A stretch of DNA of 64,000 bases, from positions 1,120,001-1,184,000 of the forward strand of contig CP067995.1 of the NCBI GenBank assembly GCA_045159875.1, in the 5' to 3' direction. A program made the position numbers and the translations under genes. Position 1 is the stretch's first letter; each line of letters opens with the position of its first letter. Below are positions 34,483-47,899 of this stretch, piece by piece. The notes beneath the pieces were generated by a model. The model saw nothing but the letters and a program-made list of their open reading frames with translations, was not told where the DNA came from and did no database searches. Origin of the DNA: a cyanobacterium endosymbiont of Rhopalodia gibba. Lineage in GTDB: Bacteria; Cyanobacteriota; Cyanobacteriia; Cyanobacteriales; Microcystaceae.

Positions 34483-35598
34483 ATGAAAAACAAATATAGT
34501 ACGAGTGCATTTTTACAATTGCAGAATTCCAAATTATATGCAATATTTGCTTGGAGTAAAAAAGAGCCAGAGATAATACCTGCTCAATCTTGGTTAGCTA
34601 TCTTAGAAATATTTATTCAACAAATTTCAATAAAAGATGCTTATAAAGTTTTTAAAACTATCAGAGAGTCTCACTTAAATCAAGAAACAACCTCAGAATT
34701 AACTCCTTATCAAGACCTCATTCAAAATTTTCCTCAAGCTTTAATCTTTTTGAGTAATAAAAGCTTAAAAATTCTTCCCCAAGGATTTCGTAGCTTTATT
34801 GAAAAAAGTAGAAAAATTGAATTGTATAAATTAAGTTTAAAAAAGAAAAAAATTCTTCTTCAACTGTTTCAAGCACATAAACTTCAAAAGGATTTACAAT
34901 TAGTTGATAGCAAGGAAAAGTTCATACAAATTGTTAATCAACTCGAGGCTTTAGGGCTATTATCCCCAGAGATAAATTCTCTAGATTGGGGAATTTTTAA
35001 AAAGTTGGTTCCCATTTGTCACTTATTCGGTTTAACGCGAGGGACTCCTATTGATCATTACTATCTGAATCAATTTGTTGAAGAAATTAGAGGAGAAATT
35101 AAAGGAAAGATTTTAGAAATAGGAGGAACTCCCAAAGATCGAGATTTTTATGAAGTGAATGCCCATGATTCTTATCAAGTACTGAATTTAGAACCCGGGT
35201 TAGGAATAGATATTGTGGGGGATATTCATGATCCTTCCGTAATAGAAACAGAATCAGTAGATTCAGTGATTATTTTTAACGTTTTAGAACATTGCTATGC
35301 TCCTTGGATAGCGGTTCAGAATATTTATAGATGGCTAAAAATTGGAGGAAAATATTTTGCAATGGTCCTCAATGCTGTCAGAATTCATGGGACTCCTATT
35401 GATTACTGGCGACCTTTACCCGATGGAATGAAGTATTTATTTAAAGATTTCTCTAAACAGAAATTATACATTTATGGTAACCTCATCACTCTTATTGCTA
35501 GTTATCATGGTATCGCAACTGAAGAACTGTCTTCAGAAGAAATCAATAATTTTAATCTCGATTATCCTGTTACTACCTGTATCGTAGCAGAGAAATGA
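34483..35598 (+). CDS. Class I SAM-dependent methyltransferase-domain protein with long N-terminal extension
   Basis: RGTPIDHYYL, ILEIGG, FNVLEHC and PIDYWR. Confidence 0.8.
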   Translation: MKNKYSTSAFLQLQNSKLYAIFAWSKKEPEIIPAQSWLAILEIFIQQISIKDAYKVFKTIRESHLNQETTSELTPYQDLIQNFPQALIFLSNKSLKILPQGFRSFIEKSRKIELYKLSLKKKKILLQLFQAHKLQKDLQLVDSKEKFIQIVNQLEALGLLSPEINSLDWGIFKKLVPICHLFGLTRGTPIDHYYLNQFVEEIRGEIKGKILEIGGTPKDRDFYEVNAHDSYQVLNLEPGLGIDIVGDIHDPSVIETESVDSVIIFNVLEHCYAPWIAVQNIYRWLKIGGKYFAMVLNAVRIHGTPIDYWRPLPDGMKYLFKDFSKQKLYIYGNLITLIASYHGIATEELSSEEINNFNLDYPVTTCIVAEK

Positions 35599-35650
35599 CT
35601 AGCATTATTGGGTAGTTATTTAAAACTGTTTTTCTCTTAATACCTAAGCC

Positions 35651-36301
35651 ATGAATAATTTTAATTTTTCTTTTATTCCTGAAGTTTCTGTCATCTTAGC
35701 GACCTATAATCGAGCTGAATATTTAACAGGATGTATTCAAAGTGTCCTCAAACAAACTTATCAAAATTGGGAATTTATTATTGTTGATGATGGCAGTCAA
35801 GATCATACCTTTGAGATTGTCAATCCTTATCTTGAAAAATTTTCTAATATTCGTTATTTAAAACATCAAAATAGAGGAGCAGCCCTATCAAGAAATGTAG
35901 GGATTAAAGCCTCTTTTGGAGATTATATAACTTTTATTGATAGCGATGATCAATATCTTTCTAATCACTTACAATCAAAACTAGACTTTTTTGAAAAATA
36001 TCCAGAAATTGAGTTGATTGTAGGGGGATTTAAGTCTAATCAAGAAACATGGGTTACAGACTATTATAATCCTGACCAAAAAATTAATATCCAAAACTGT
36101 GTTATTTGTCCGACCTTGTTTGGCAGAAGATATGTCTTTTTTGAATTAGAAGGTTTTCAAGATATTCTCTATGGAGAAGACACAGACTTATGGGAACGTG
36201 CTGGTAAAAAATTTAAAACACAAAAAATTGTCGAGCCTTTAACTTATCTGTATACTAGAGCAGCCGATAGTGTTTCAAGACAGTTTTCTCATGACTTTTA
36301 A
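35651..36301 (+). CDS. Glycosyltransferase family 2
   Basis: SVILATYNR, IVDDGSQD, TFIDSDD and GED. Confidence 0.93.
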   Translation: MNNFNFSFIPEVSVILATYNRAEYLTGCIQSVLKQTYQNWEFIIVDDGSQDHTFEIVNPYLEKFSNIRYLKHQNRGAALSRNVGIKASFGDYITFIDSDDQYLSNHLQSKLDFFEKYPEIELIVGGFKSNQETWVTDYYNPDQKINIQNCVICPTLFGRRYVFFELEGFQDILYGEDTDLWERAGKKFKTQKIVEPLTYLYTRAADSVSRQFSHDF

Positions 36302-37010
36302 TGATCCTCGGCGTAATAAGCAATTACGAATGTTAATGCAAAAACTGGGGTTATCTGACACCTCACAGATTAATTGGTCATGGTTAGATCTGGCCTTGAC
36401 TCATCCTACTGTTTCCAGGGAAAAAAACTATCAACAGCTGGAATTTGTGGGGGATTCCGTAGTAAGACTTGCAGCCGCTGAAATACTTTTAGAAACCTAT
36501 CCAAATGAGTCTGTAGGGGAATTTGCTGCCCTACGTTCTATGATGGTCAGCGATCGTACTTTAGCCCAATTTGCCGAAAGTTTTGGGTTAGAACGCTATC
36601 TTCTGATGGCTGATCATGTAGTTAGAGATGAAGCCGGAAGGGTTTCTCGTTTAGCAGATGCCTTTGAAGCGGTTTTAGGTGCACTATATTTGAGTACCCA
36701 AACTATGAGTTTAGTGCGTCCCTGGTTAGACGATCTTTTGAGAGCCAAAGCTGAAGAAATTCGACAGGATCCGGCTCGTCAAAACTATAAAGATGCACTC
36801 CAAGAATGGACTCAGGCTCAGTATAAACTTCTACCAGAATATAGAGTTCAGAGACTTAACTCTGTACCGACTAGTCAACCCAGTTTTTTGGCTGAAGTTT
36901 GGCTCGTAAACCGTAAATTAGGATCAGGACAAGGTCGTTCTAAAAAAATGGCTGAACAAGCTGCGGCTCAAGAAGCTTTTTTTAAGTTCGTTAATGTTTG
37001 TGATACTTAA
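36291..37010 (+). CDS. rnc: Ribonuclease III
   Basis: ALTHP, LEFVGDSV, ADAFEAVLGALYL and dsRBD NYKDALQEWTQ...SKKMAEQAAA. Confidence 0.95.
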   Translation: MTFNDPRRNKQLRMLMQKLGLSDTSQINWSWLDLALTHPTVSREKNYQQLEFVGDSVVRLAAAEILLETYPNESVGEFAALRSMMVSDRTLAQFAESFGLERYLLMADHVVRDEAGRVSRLADAFEAVLGALYLSTQTMSLVRPWLDDLLRAKAEEIRQDPARQNYKDALQEWTQAQYKLLPEYRVQRLNSVPTSQPSFLAEVWLVNRKLGSGQGRSKKMAEQAAAQEAFFKFVNVCDT

Positions 37011-38681
37011 GTAAATTCAACTAGGAGTTGAAACTCCAAATTTTCTTTTTAAAGGCAACAGAGTGATTCAAATTAATGAAAAAAGTAGTCAATCTCTGAT
37101 GAAGTGAAGCTTTAAGCCAACTATCACTGAGGAAGTACGACCCACTCCTAACAGCAATTTAGGTATATTTATAAGGTTATAACGCAAAAAAAAATTATAT
37201 AAGCAAAACAATTAAGTAATTGTTTTGCTTATGTTGAGAAATCCAAACTTTTATGAAAATCATCCAAGCATACATAACAGAGGCTGTGCAGTTCAAGTAA
37301 ATAAGTAGGTTTAGATAAGCGTAAAATAGAAAAATAGTTAGGAAAGAGTGATGACTAAATACCAGTTTACCTAAAAATTCAGTTAACAAAATTAGAAGAG
37401 CAAAAACTATCAAAGTAGACTTGCACCTAAAAACCTTTTCCAGCACAAAAACAAGAGCAGAAATATTATGTCTAAAGTCTAAAGTCTAAAGCCAAAAGTA
37501 CAAAAAGTTCAAAAAATTAAAAAATGCAATTAGAAAAACAACTTTTAGACAAATTCTTCAGAAAAGATAAAAATTGTGGGCTCCTCTGAGATATGAAAGA
37601 ATAAGAACTTGGAAATAAAAAAATATAAAATATTTTGAAAGGCTCTAAGAAAAGGATAAAAAAATCTTATATTACTCAGTAATTACCTAAGTTTTCTAGA
37701 AAAGAGAAAAGAGTCAAATTAACTTCTGGAGGAATCTGTAAAACTCTTAAAAAGGGGACCTAAAATAGAAAATAACAAAAGTGGAGACGATAATTGCTCT
37801 ATGTACTAAGGAAACCCCTAAAAAAGTAAAAAAGTTTTAGATAAAGAGATAGATAAAGTTAAAAATATAGCCAAGACAAAGAAATAGATACGTGAACTGT
37901 TCTTAATAATCATTTATTCTTCAATAGATATAAGTAGTTTAGTTAGAGCAAAACTGAAACAATAATAAAAAAATGATGTTTATTTTTTTACTAAGCTTGT
38001 AGTCCAAAACTAAATATAATAGAAGGGGAATAGTATCAAATGAATAAAATTTATAAAATTGCTAGTAGGATATTTGAAGATAAATTTAATTTAGTAAAGA
38101 TTCGTTTAATACAGTTTTTAGTCAATGAAAAATTTAAATTTAATATCAATTAAAAACATTTAAAATAATTGAAATTTACTTAAATATATAGGTATCAAAT
38201 AATTTACGTTATTAACGTTTACTTAAAGCTACTTACTTAGTATATTATCTAATATAAATATCCCTTTATATAGGAATAACTACAAAACTTCTGTAAATTT
38301 AGACAAAACATTACTTAGGATGAATTAGATTTTATCAAATCAATTTTATTAGGCAATCATTAGATCATACGCTAATGGCAATCTATATAGATTAGGAGAG
38401 TTTTTATCACAGCAATAATTTATTGCTAATGAACAGTGCTCTAGAATGATTTTTAGTTTATTGACTGGGTTAGTGCTGTCCAAAATTAAAAAAGCTACCC
38501 AAAAGTATTGAGGGAGTCGCTCATGAAGATCTAAAAGTTAGATGAGAGTTAAGCTCCATGTGGGTTAGCGGTAACACCTGCCAGGAGAACGTAAGTTAGT
38601 ATCAAGAAGTTAACTAAAATATATAGAGAAGTTATGGGAAAATAGGAGAGTGAATTGAGTCTCATCTAGCGTACATATAAT

Positions 38682-39122
38682 ATGATTCGTTTATGGTTAC
38701 ATTTTGTATTGACGACTATTTTAATTAGCCTAAGTAGTTTAATTGTCGCTTGTAATTCTCCAACTCCACCAACAGAATTTGCCCCTGATGGAAAGATAGT
38801 TGAAAAAGCGATCATCTTACAACTATCTCAAAACTTCCAGCGTTTGAGCAATCAGTTAAACACGACTCTTCCCCAGCTCAAAATTAATCAAATTCAAGTT
38901 AAGCAACTCGACTCAATTTTAGTCACACAGTTATCCACTTATCACCTTCAGGGAACTTACAATTTAAAATTGATGTTTCCTCGTCAAATAAAAGAACAGA
39001 AAAAGAATCGATTTGACATTTATCTACAACGACAAATAGAAGGGGAAACCTGGCGGTTACTAAAAAGAGAATATAATCTTTCCTATGACACTCCCCAATG
39101 GAAAAGTTATTTAATCAGATAA
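38682..39122 (+). CDS. Hypothetical lipoprotein
   Basis: Signal peptide with lipobox IVAC; FDIYLQRQIEGETWRL. Confidence 0.78.
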   Translation: MIRLWLHFVLTTILISLSSLIVACNSPTPPTEFAPDGKIVEKAIILQLSQNFQRLSNQLNTTLPQLKINQIQVKQLDSILVTQLSTYHLQGTYNLKLMFPRQIKEQKKNRFDIYLQRQIEGETWRLLKREYNLSYDTPQWKSYLIR

Positions 39123-39149
39123 GAGAATAAAAAGGTCTTGAGTTAGGTG

Positions 39150-40008
39150 GGTTTTGTCGGATTTTACGAAGTTTACCCATCTCTTTCAAAACGCTTTCTT
39201 AGGGATTGATTCACAAGGGCAGTTACTAACTTCAACTGTAAATAATGTTAATTAACTAAACTGTTTCCCCCGTTGTTGAACATTGATTCAAGGACACCCT
39301 CTCCCCATAACCCTCATACAAAAATGGATTAGAATGTATTAGCCACGGCAAAAAGACATCAACTTTTTCCCTTTAAAAGATTTTGAAGATAGAGGTGACT
39401 AGATCAACCGTGCCGCACTCAAAAGAAAGGTGATAAGCCTCTTCCACTAAGCGATCAGTTACTACAATGCAATCAAGATAAACTTTTTCGAGGATCCTAC
39501 ATAAGTATTAGCCCAGCAAGACGTATCACATATTTTTAAAATCAAAAGATAACTACCCCAAGGTTGTGAGAGGATAGAATGAATTAACTTTTTTAATAAA
39601 TCAGGTTTTTAGAATGGGAGCTCGCTAAAAAAACCTATACTGTCAAGTAAAAATAATCCGGATTGCTGCATCCGAACATCAAGCCGCTAAAAATTAAAGA
39701 AGCATATCTCTCTAAGGAATTACCCGCCAGCACCGTCGGTCGTCTGATAACCTTTATAATAAAATTTTGCAACTGATTGCGCCTAAAGTAGTAACCTTTA
39801 GCTGAATTCAACTTTGCGGAGTGCCCAAATCCTGATAGATTAATTACTCATATCTCAAAGTCTTCTTGTAATTGGTAATTAGCTAATATTTTTACGCCAG
39901 CGATTCGGTAGAAGCGCCAAATCCATAAAACAGAAGTATTAAATGGCCTTGCCATCGCCAATAGTTTCTAGGGACTGAAGATGTTGATATGACAGGAGCT
40001 AACTGCAT
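39150..40008 (-). pseudogene. Alpha/beta-fold hydrolase pseudogene
   Basis: YWRWQGH, LLFYGFGAST..WRKNI, INLSGFGHSAK, TVLAGNSL and LWGEG, with frameshifts. Confidence 0.85.
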
Positions 40009-40128
40009 AACCATATTACAAAATATGAATTGATGTTAACTTATTTATCTTGACCTGTATTGCTCGAAGTGTCTTTCTCTTAACTAAAACAGGGTAGAAT
40101 AAAAAGGTCGTACTCGGTAGAATATTAA

Positions 40129-41424
40129 GTGATTGAGCGTTACACCATTCCCGAAATGGGGGAACTATGGACAGACAATTATAAGCTGAAAACTTGGCTA
40201 CAAGTAGAGATTGCTGTCTGTGAAGCACAAGCAGAATTGGGTCATATTCCCCGAGACGCAGTAGAAGAGATAAAAGCCAAGGCTAATTTCAATCTTCAAC
40301 GGGTTCTAGAAATTGAGACCGAAGTTCGCCACGATATGATTGCTTTTTTAACCAATGTTAATGAGTATGTAGGAGATGCGGGGCGATATATTCATCTAGG
40401 GTTAACCAGTTCCGATGTCCTTGATACGGCCTTAGCTCTTCAAATGGTGGCCAGTCTCAACTTGATTCTAGAACGTCTAGAAGATTTAGTACAAGTTCTT
40501 CGTTACCAAGCGCAACAGCATCGTGATACTGTGATGGTGGGAAGATCACACAGTATTCATGCTGAACCTATTACTTTTGGCTTTAAATTGGCAGGATGGT
40601 TAGCCGAAGTCTTGCGGAACCGTGATCGTTTAGTAAATCTACGCAATAATATTTCAGTCGGGAAAATTTCGGGGGCAGTGGGAACCTATGCTAACGTCGA
40701 TCCGAGTGTAGAAGCCATTACCTGTCAGAAATTGGGACTTCAACCTGACATCGCTTCAACTCAGGTAGTTTCGCGTGATCGCCATGCTGAATTCATCCAA
40801 CAATTGGCCTTGTTGGCTGCTTCTGTCGAACGGTTTGCGATAGAAATTCGTAATCTTCAACGCACTGATGTCTTAGAAGTCGAGGAATTTTTTTATGAGG
40901 GACAGAAAGGCTCTTCTGCTATGCCCCACAAGCGCAACCCCATCCGTTCAGAACGCTTAACGGGGATCGCTCGTATTATTCGAGGATATACCGTTGCTGC
41001 TTTAGAAAACGTAGCTCTATGGCATGAAAGGGATATTTCCCACAGTTCGGTGGAACGGGTCATGTTACCAGATGTCTGCATCTTAACCCATTTTATGTTG
41101 TTTGAAATCACTAATTTGGTGAAGAACTTATTAATTTATCCCGAAAATATGAAGCGTAATATGAATATTTATGGCGGAGTTATTTTTAGTCAACGGGTGT
41201 TATTAACCTTGGTAGAAAAAGGTATGAGTCGGGAAAATGCTTACAAAACTGTTCAAAGATGTGCTCATCAAGCTTGGAATAAAATTGATGGCGACTTTTA
41301 TGGATTGATTAAGCAAGATGTCCAAGTGACTCAATGTTTATCTACTGAAGAAATTGATAGTTGCTTTGATCCTCAATATCATTTACAGAATTTAGATCTA
41401 ATCTATCAACGACTAGGAATTTAG
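40129..41424 (+). CDS. purB: Adenylosuccinate lyase
   Basis: MIERY start, HLGLTSSD and GSSAMPHKRNP. Confidence 0.98.
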   Translation: MIERYTIPEMGELWTDNYKLKTWLQVEIAVCEAQAELGHIPRDAVEEIKAKANFNLQRVLEIETEVRHDMIAFLTNVNEYVGDAGRYIHLGLTSSDVLDTALALQMVASLNLILERLEDLVQVLRYQAQQHRDTVMVGRSHSIHAEPITFGFKLAGWLAEVLRNRDRLVNLRNNISVGKISGAVGTYANVDPSVEAITCQKLGLQPDIASTQVVSRDRHAEFIQQLALLAASVERFAIEIRNLQRTDVLEVEEFFYEGQKGSSAMPHKRNPIRSERLTGIARIIRGYTVAALENVALWHERDISHSSVERVMLPDVCILTHFMLFEITNLVKNLLIYPENMKRNMNIYGGVIFSQRVLLTLVEKGMSRENAYKTVQRCAHQAWNKIDGDFYGLIKQDVQVTQCLSTEEIDSCFDPQYHLQNLDLIYQRLGI

Positions 41425-41528
41425 GAATTGTCTTTCCAGACTCAGAACTTGTACCTTAATCAATATAAATCTTCAGAACATTCTTGATATTGCTGTAATA
41501 AACTTTCTAAGTTTACTCATTATTGAGA

Positions 41529-41890
41529 CATGAGTTCGACGATATTTTAAGATACTATTGTTGTTCTCAAGATCTAAATTAGAAATACAAAAAAGCTGAC
41601 GATTATCTAAAATAGTAACCGTCAATGATTGATACTCCTGTTTCTTAAAAATAACAGGAGATGAAGAAAACTTACTTTCTGTCTTTAGATTGAGAAAAGG
41701 ATTTTCGAATAAGTAAGTATAAGTGACTAGTCCAGTAAAACGGTTAACAAAACAGTTCCGAATACTTCTCCTTTGATTTCTAAAATGTTCAATACAAAAG
41801 ATATTTTTCATTTTGTCGTCAACTGTTTCAGTCAAAAGATACTTACAAAATAAAATTGTATCAATTAGATTAATTAACTTTTACTTAATC
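41529..41890 (-). mobile_element. IS982-family remnant (transposase C-terminus plus right end)
   Basis: LIDTILFCKYLLTETVDDKMKNIFCIEH...NCFVNRFTGLVTYTY; end tgagttcgacg. Confidence 0.8.
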
Positions 41891-41927
41891 TGATGGCGAG
41901 GAATTAATTAAATTCCTTGCCATCAGA
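41889..41927. repeat. Inverted repeat, 17-bp arms with one mismatch
   Basis: tctgatggcgaggaatt-aatta-aattccttgccatcaga. Confidence 0.85.
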
Positions 41928-42273
41928 GCTTTCTAATTGGTTCCTGAACACTTAATAGACTTCCATCGAAATAAGATACATCAACCTAATTTCTGCAATT
42001 TTTGCTTTGGAAGTCTGCAAAAACACAGTATAGTAACATTGTTGCTCAGAGCATAAACTCTACAAAATGATTGTAGCTGACTTTCTTAGAAAATACAGTT
42101 TTACTAAACCTGTCATGTAAAAATTAAAAGTATAAAGACAGAGTTTGTTTATTAAAAATAGAATTATAAAAAAACACTGTTATTATCAGAGTTACTATAT
42201 AGATGGTATTGTAGTAAATTTTATGTTTAAATTAAATTGTGTTAGGCTCGATATTTTCACTTAGTTTATACCT

Positions 42274-42770
42274 ATGGCGTCAAATGCTCAACTTAGTTTA
42301 ATGAATGAGATTCTACATTTAGAAGGACTCAGCATTACCCATTATCAGATTTTAAATGAGATAGGAATAGTTTTATTTATTGAAAAAATAGACCCCACAG
42401 CAACTTGTATTTATTGTGGTTCAACCACTAAGAAACTTCATCAAAATAATGAATTAACTATTAGAGATTTGCCTTGGGCAGAGAAAGCCGTCTATCTCAA
42501 GATTAATCGTCGTCAAATGAGATGTAACCAGTGTGGAAATAAATTTACAGAAGAGTTAAGCTATGTTAGGAAGAAAAGAACATATACTGAAAGATTTAAG
42601 ATAAAAATTATTGAAGAGGTCTTAAATAGTAACATGAAGAATGTCGCTAAAAGGAATGGAGTGAGTGAACAAGAAATAGAAACAATGCTCAAAGACTTAG
42701 GTCAATAATTACAGATGGGAAAATCTCGGACATTTAAACAGTTAACAATTTTTGACTAAGATTGAAGCTG
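42274..42770 (+). mobile_element. ISL3-family transposase N-terminal fragment
   Basis: Zinc finger CIYCG...IRDLPW...CNQCG followed by an HTH; stops at 42708 before the DDE domain. Confidence 0.88.
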
Positions 42771-43619
42771 AAGTAACAGTACATAGATTTCATATGATAA
42801 AACAAGTTAATGCTCAGTTATAGGCATCACTGCATTTAGGATGGTAAAAATCTGCCAAATCTTAATACAGTCTTGTTTGGCAATAATGTTGATAACCAGC
42901 AAACTATTAAAAATTTAAATAATTCCTAAATGAGGCTCTATAAGACATTAATATTGTATGAATTATTATACATAACAAGTTTACTGTAACTGAATTAGAT
43001 CATCAAAACAAACTTTTAAATTAGAAGCTAAAGAGCTAAAAAATTTTAGTAAAAAATAAAAAAATATGTTGATTCTATATAGAGAGTGGATATGTTTTAC
43101 TCGAAAATGAAGAATATTAAAGTAAAGAATAAAAAGCTATGTCAGACTGAGTATATAATAACGTCATTAGTGCTTTAGAAAATACACCAGTTAAAAAAGA
43201 AATATAGAAAATTCTTAACGATAATTGAGACCGTATATTAGGACTATTAAAATGATTGTCCGGGTAAAAAAAAACCATTTGTTTAGAAGAAAAAACTGTG
43301 AGATAATTACATATTAGATTGAAGAAACTACTGTCTATTTAGATAAATAAAAATTTGATAAACGTTCTTAAAATATTAAAAATTAATTGGAATTAATTAA
43401 AAGAAAAAATTATGAATTTAGAGTTGTTATAAATTTTTAGCTCCTAAGTCTCTTGACTTGATATTTCATTAGTTAATCCTATAGTATAATCCCGTTATTA
43501 CCATTAAACGTTGAACAAGTAAATTATTTTGTATTTTTATATTTAAGGAAATAGAGTTATATTTATAGGCTTGATAATAATTTTGGAAGTTATTCCTCAC
43601 TAATATACCAGACTTAGTA

Positions 43620-44390
43620 TAGAAGAGCTCATTTATATCACTTGAATTGATATTTAATTAGAGTAACTCCTTTAATTAAGACTTTGTTTAACTGCCTTAG
43701 CTAAATTATATTTATCTTCAAACATTTTTATGGAAATTTTATAAACTTTTATTTTATGCCATCCTCATTCTATTAGATTTAGTTCTGGACTATAAGTTGG
43801 TGTAAAACAGAGATATTTTTTTTCCATTGTTTTAATTTGGTTTTAACTAAACCACTTTTTCGGATCTGCTCTATTTTTTTAGCCTAATCTACCTCTCAAG
43901 CTAAAATTTTTTTATCTTTTTAATTTTTCTTGTTGATGGACGAACTCTCATATTTACTTTCTTCTTTTTTCATTATCAGTCTTTTTTTTAAGAATTTTAC
44001 GGATTATTCTAAGAGTTAATTTAACTTTTACTTCTTTTTTTAAAATCTTAAATATTGTCTAACTATTACAAGTTAATTTATTTTTTTTAGAGCTATTTAA
44101 GGTATTTTATACTTTTTAGATTAAAGTTCTTTTTCTTTTACTTCTTGGAGAATCCCATTATTTTTCTAGTCATTAAATAATTAATGATAAAGTTGTTCTT
44201 CTAATTTAATTTTATGATAGTTTCACTAAATCTACAATTCCTATAACTTTTTATCCTCTTGTATTTAAATACAACATCTCTACTCTGATTCTCGTTCTGG
44301 TAAAAATTTTTAGGTCGCAAGTTGACTTTAATAATTCTTACTTTTCTAATAGATAGAAAAGTGATTAAGAAGATAGTTGACACCATTCAT
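43620..44390 (-). mobile_element. IS630-family transposase remnant
   Basis: RTRIRVEMLYLNTRG*, IRKILKKK, FTPTYSPELNLIE*GWHKIK and MFEDKYNLAKAV. Confidence 0.82.
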
Positions 44391-44588
44391 GTTAAGTTTT
44401 TCATAAATGGCTATCATACAAAACTAGCCAATAATTAATTTATCGTTAATAACATTAAAGTAGTAAAGAACATTTGTTCAAAGTTTTTAGGGTTTTTAAA
44501 ATCATCACAATAAATGAAATATTCAAAAATAGATGATTACAATCTTCTGAAGAATAGAAATTATTAGGCTCAGGACAAGTCATTACAA

Positions 44589-44618
44589 CTGATATTTATT
44601 CAGCTCAATAAATATCAG
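44589..44618. terminator. Hairpin downstream of accB (possible terminator)
   Basis: 12-bp stem ctgatatttatt/aataaatatcag about 50 bp after the accB stop. Confidence 0.45.
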
Positions 44619-44666
44619 GTTATGTCATCATTGTCCTAATAGTCAGTTTTTTAAACCTCTTAAAAA

Positions 44667-45161
44667 TTAGCTAGGATTAATCCACATTAAAGTTTGTCCA
44701 TATTCTACAGGTTCCCCATTAGTGATCACAATTTCCATGACCTCTCCGGCTACTTCTGCGTCAATGTCATTCATCAACTTCATCGCTTCAACAATACAAA
44801 CCGTTTGGCCGTTACTAATGTAGTCACCCACCTCGACAAAAGGGGGCTCATTAGGGGCAGAAGCTCGGTAAAAAGTCCCTACCATGGGAGAAGTAATCTC
44901 TATCCACTTTTTGTCGTCGATAGGAGAAGATACAGAGGGTTTAAGAGGTTCAGATGAAGGGGGTATAGTAGAAGTTTCCGCCGTTACGAGAGAAGGGTGA
45001 ACGGTCGCCGGAGGAGATAACACAGTTGACGGAACCGGAATGTTGCTGTTTCCCCGACGTACTGTCAGTTCAAAAGTTTCAGTTTTTAGGGTAACTTCTG
45101 CAATATCTGTTTGAGAGATCGCTCCTAACAGTTCTCTAAGTTCATTGAAGTTGATCGACAC
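44667..45161 (-). CDS. accB: Acetyl-CoA carboxylase biotin carboxyl carrier protein
   Basis: SPMVGTFY and EAMKLMN biotinylation motif. Confidence 0.97.
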   Translation of the reverse strand: MSINFNELRELLGAISQTDIAEVTLKTETFELTVRRGNSNIPVPSTVLSPPATVHPSLVTAETSTIPPSSEPLKPSVSSPIDDKKWIEITSPMVGTFYRASAPNEPPFVEVGDYISNGQTVCIVEAMKLMNDIDAEVAGEVMEIVITNGEPVEYGQTLMWINPS

Positions 45162-45245
45162 AAATCATCCATCCCATAAAGTTAATAGAAGGGCAGTTAT
45201 CCAAATTACGACAACCGACACAGGGTAAATTCAAATATTTTCAAT

Positions 45246-45803
45246 TTATGTCCGTCCTAAATAGGAGCCGTCGCGGGTATCTACTTTAATTTTTTCCCCA
45301 ATCGAAATAAACAGAGGAACCATAACTTGCGTTCCTGTTTCAAGGATAGCTGGTTTTGTACCACCGGTTGCCGTATCTCCCTTAACCCCTGGATCGGTGT
45401 CAATTACTTCTAACATCACCGATATTGGAAGTTGAACTTCCAACACCTGATCGTTCCAGAAAAGTATATCAGCCTCCATTTCTTCTTTGATGTAATTGAC
45501 GGCTGTTCCCATCTGTTCTGGAGTTAAGCGCGCTTCCTCAAAGGTTTGCATATCCATAAAGACGTATTGTCCACCATCTTTATAGGTATGTTGCATGGTG
45601 TGTTTTTCCAAGTTGGCTGAGGGGAGGGTTTCCCCAGCACGAAAAGTACGTTCCACAACGCTTCCAGTTTGTGCATTTTTTAATTTAGTTCGCACAAACG
45701 CTGACCCCTTACCAGGTTTAACGTGTAGAAATTCTATAACACGCCATACTGTTCCATCTAATTCAATAGTGGTACCCGTCCGAAAATCATTACTAGAAAT
45801 CAT
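45246..45803 (-). CDS. efp: Elongation factor P
   Basis: [12 protein letters not shown] and [10 protein letters not shown]. Confidence 0.98.
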   Translation of the reverse strand: MISSNDFRTGTTIELDGTVWRVIEFLHVKPGKGSAFVRTKLKNAQTGSVVERTFRAGETLPSANLEKHTMQHTYKDGGQYVFMDMQTFEEARLTPEQMGTAVNYIKEEMEADILFWNDQVLEVQLPISVMLEVIDTDPGVKGDTATGGTKPAILETGTQVMVPLFISIGEKIKVDTRDGSYLGRT

Positions 45804-45856
45804 GAAATGCTTTGAGAGCCTAGAAATGTCAAAATTAATTGTACAAGAAATTGGAA

Positions 45857-47512
<1,656 letters not shown>

Positions 47513-47597
47513 TTACACAACTATGGCGAACGTCACTATCTCACCGGATATTTTAACCTGTTGTCTGGGGTTGAAAACCTAGGACCCCCATTTTTAG

Positions 47598-47634
47598 GTG
47601 ATAAAACTCACACATTATCTGTGAGTTTTATCAC
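47598..47634. repeat. Perfect inverted repeat (15-bp arms) upstream of pyrG
   Basis: gtgataaaactcaca-cattatc-tgtgagttttatcac. Confidence 0.85.
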
Positions 47635-47899
47635 TTATTTTTCTAAAAACTCAGACAACAATCCTATTGTTCAAAACAAAATAAATTGATTGTTTTAAGT
47701 ATTTGTATAGATAGCCAAACTTAAAAATTCTAAAAAAACAAAAGTACTTATAAGTAAATTGATATCCTCATATGGTAGTTAGTTTTCATTCTATCAAGTA
47801 AATAAACTGATCATTATTAATGATAATATAAACCCACTCATAAATTTTCAAGAAACATTTAAAATTACATTAAGAATAGTAAAAACTTAAGTAAGTACC

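Noticed and set aside
37010..37200. rnpB or tRNA after rnc
   Set aside because: No GAGGAAAGTCC or cloverleaf signatures seen.
37470..37497. Heptamer tandem repeat (gtctaaa x3 plus a degenerate copy)
   Set aside because: Real but short; an ordinary slippage or STRR-like repeat, and not a CRISPR.
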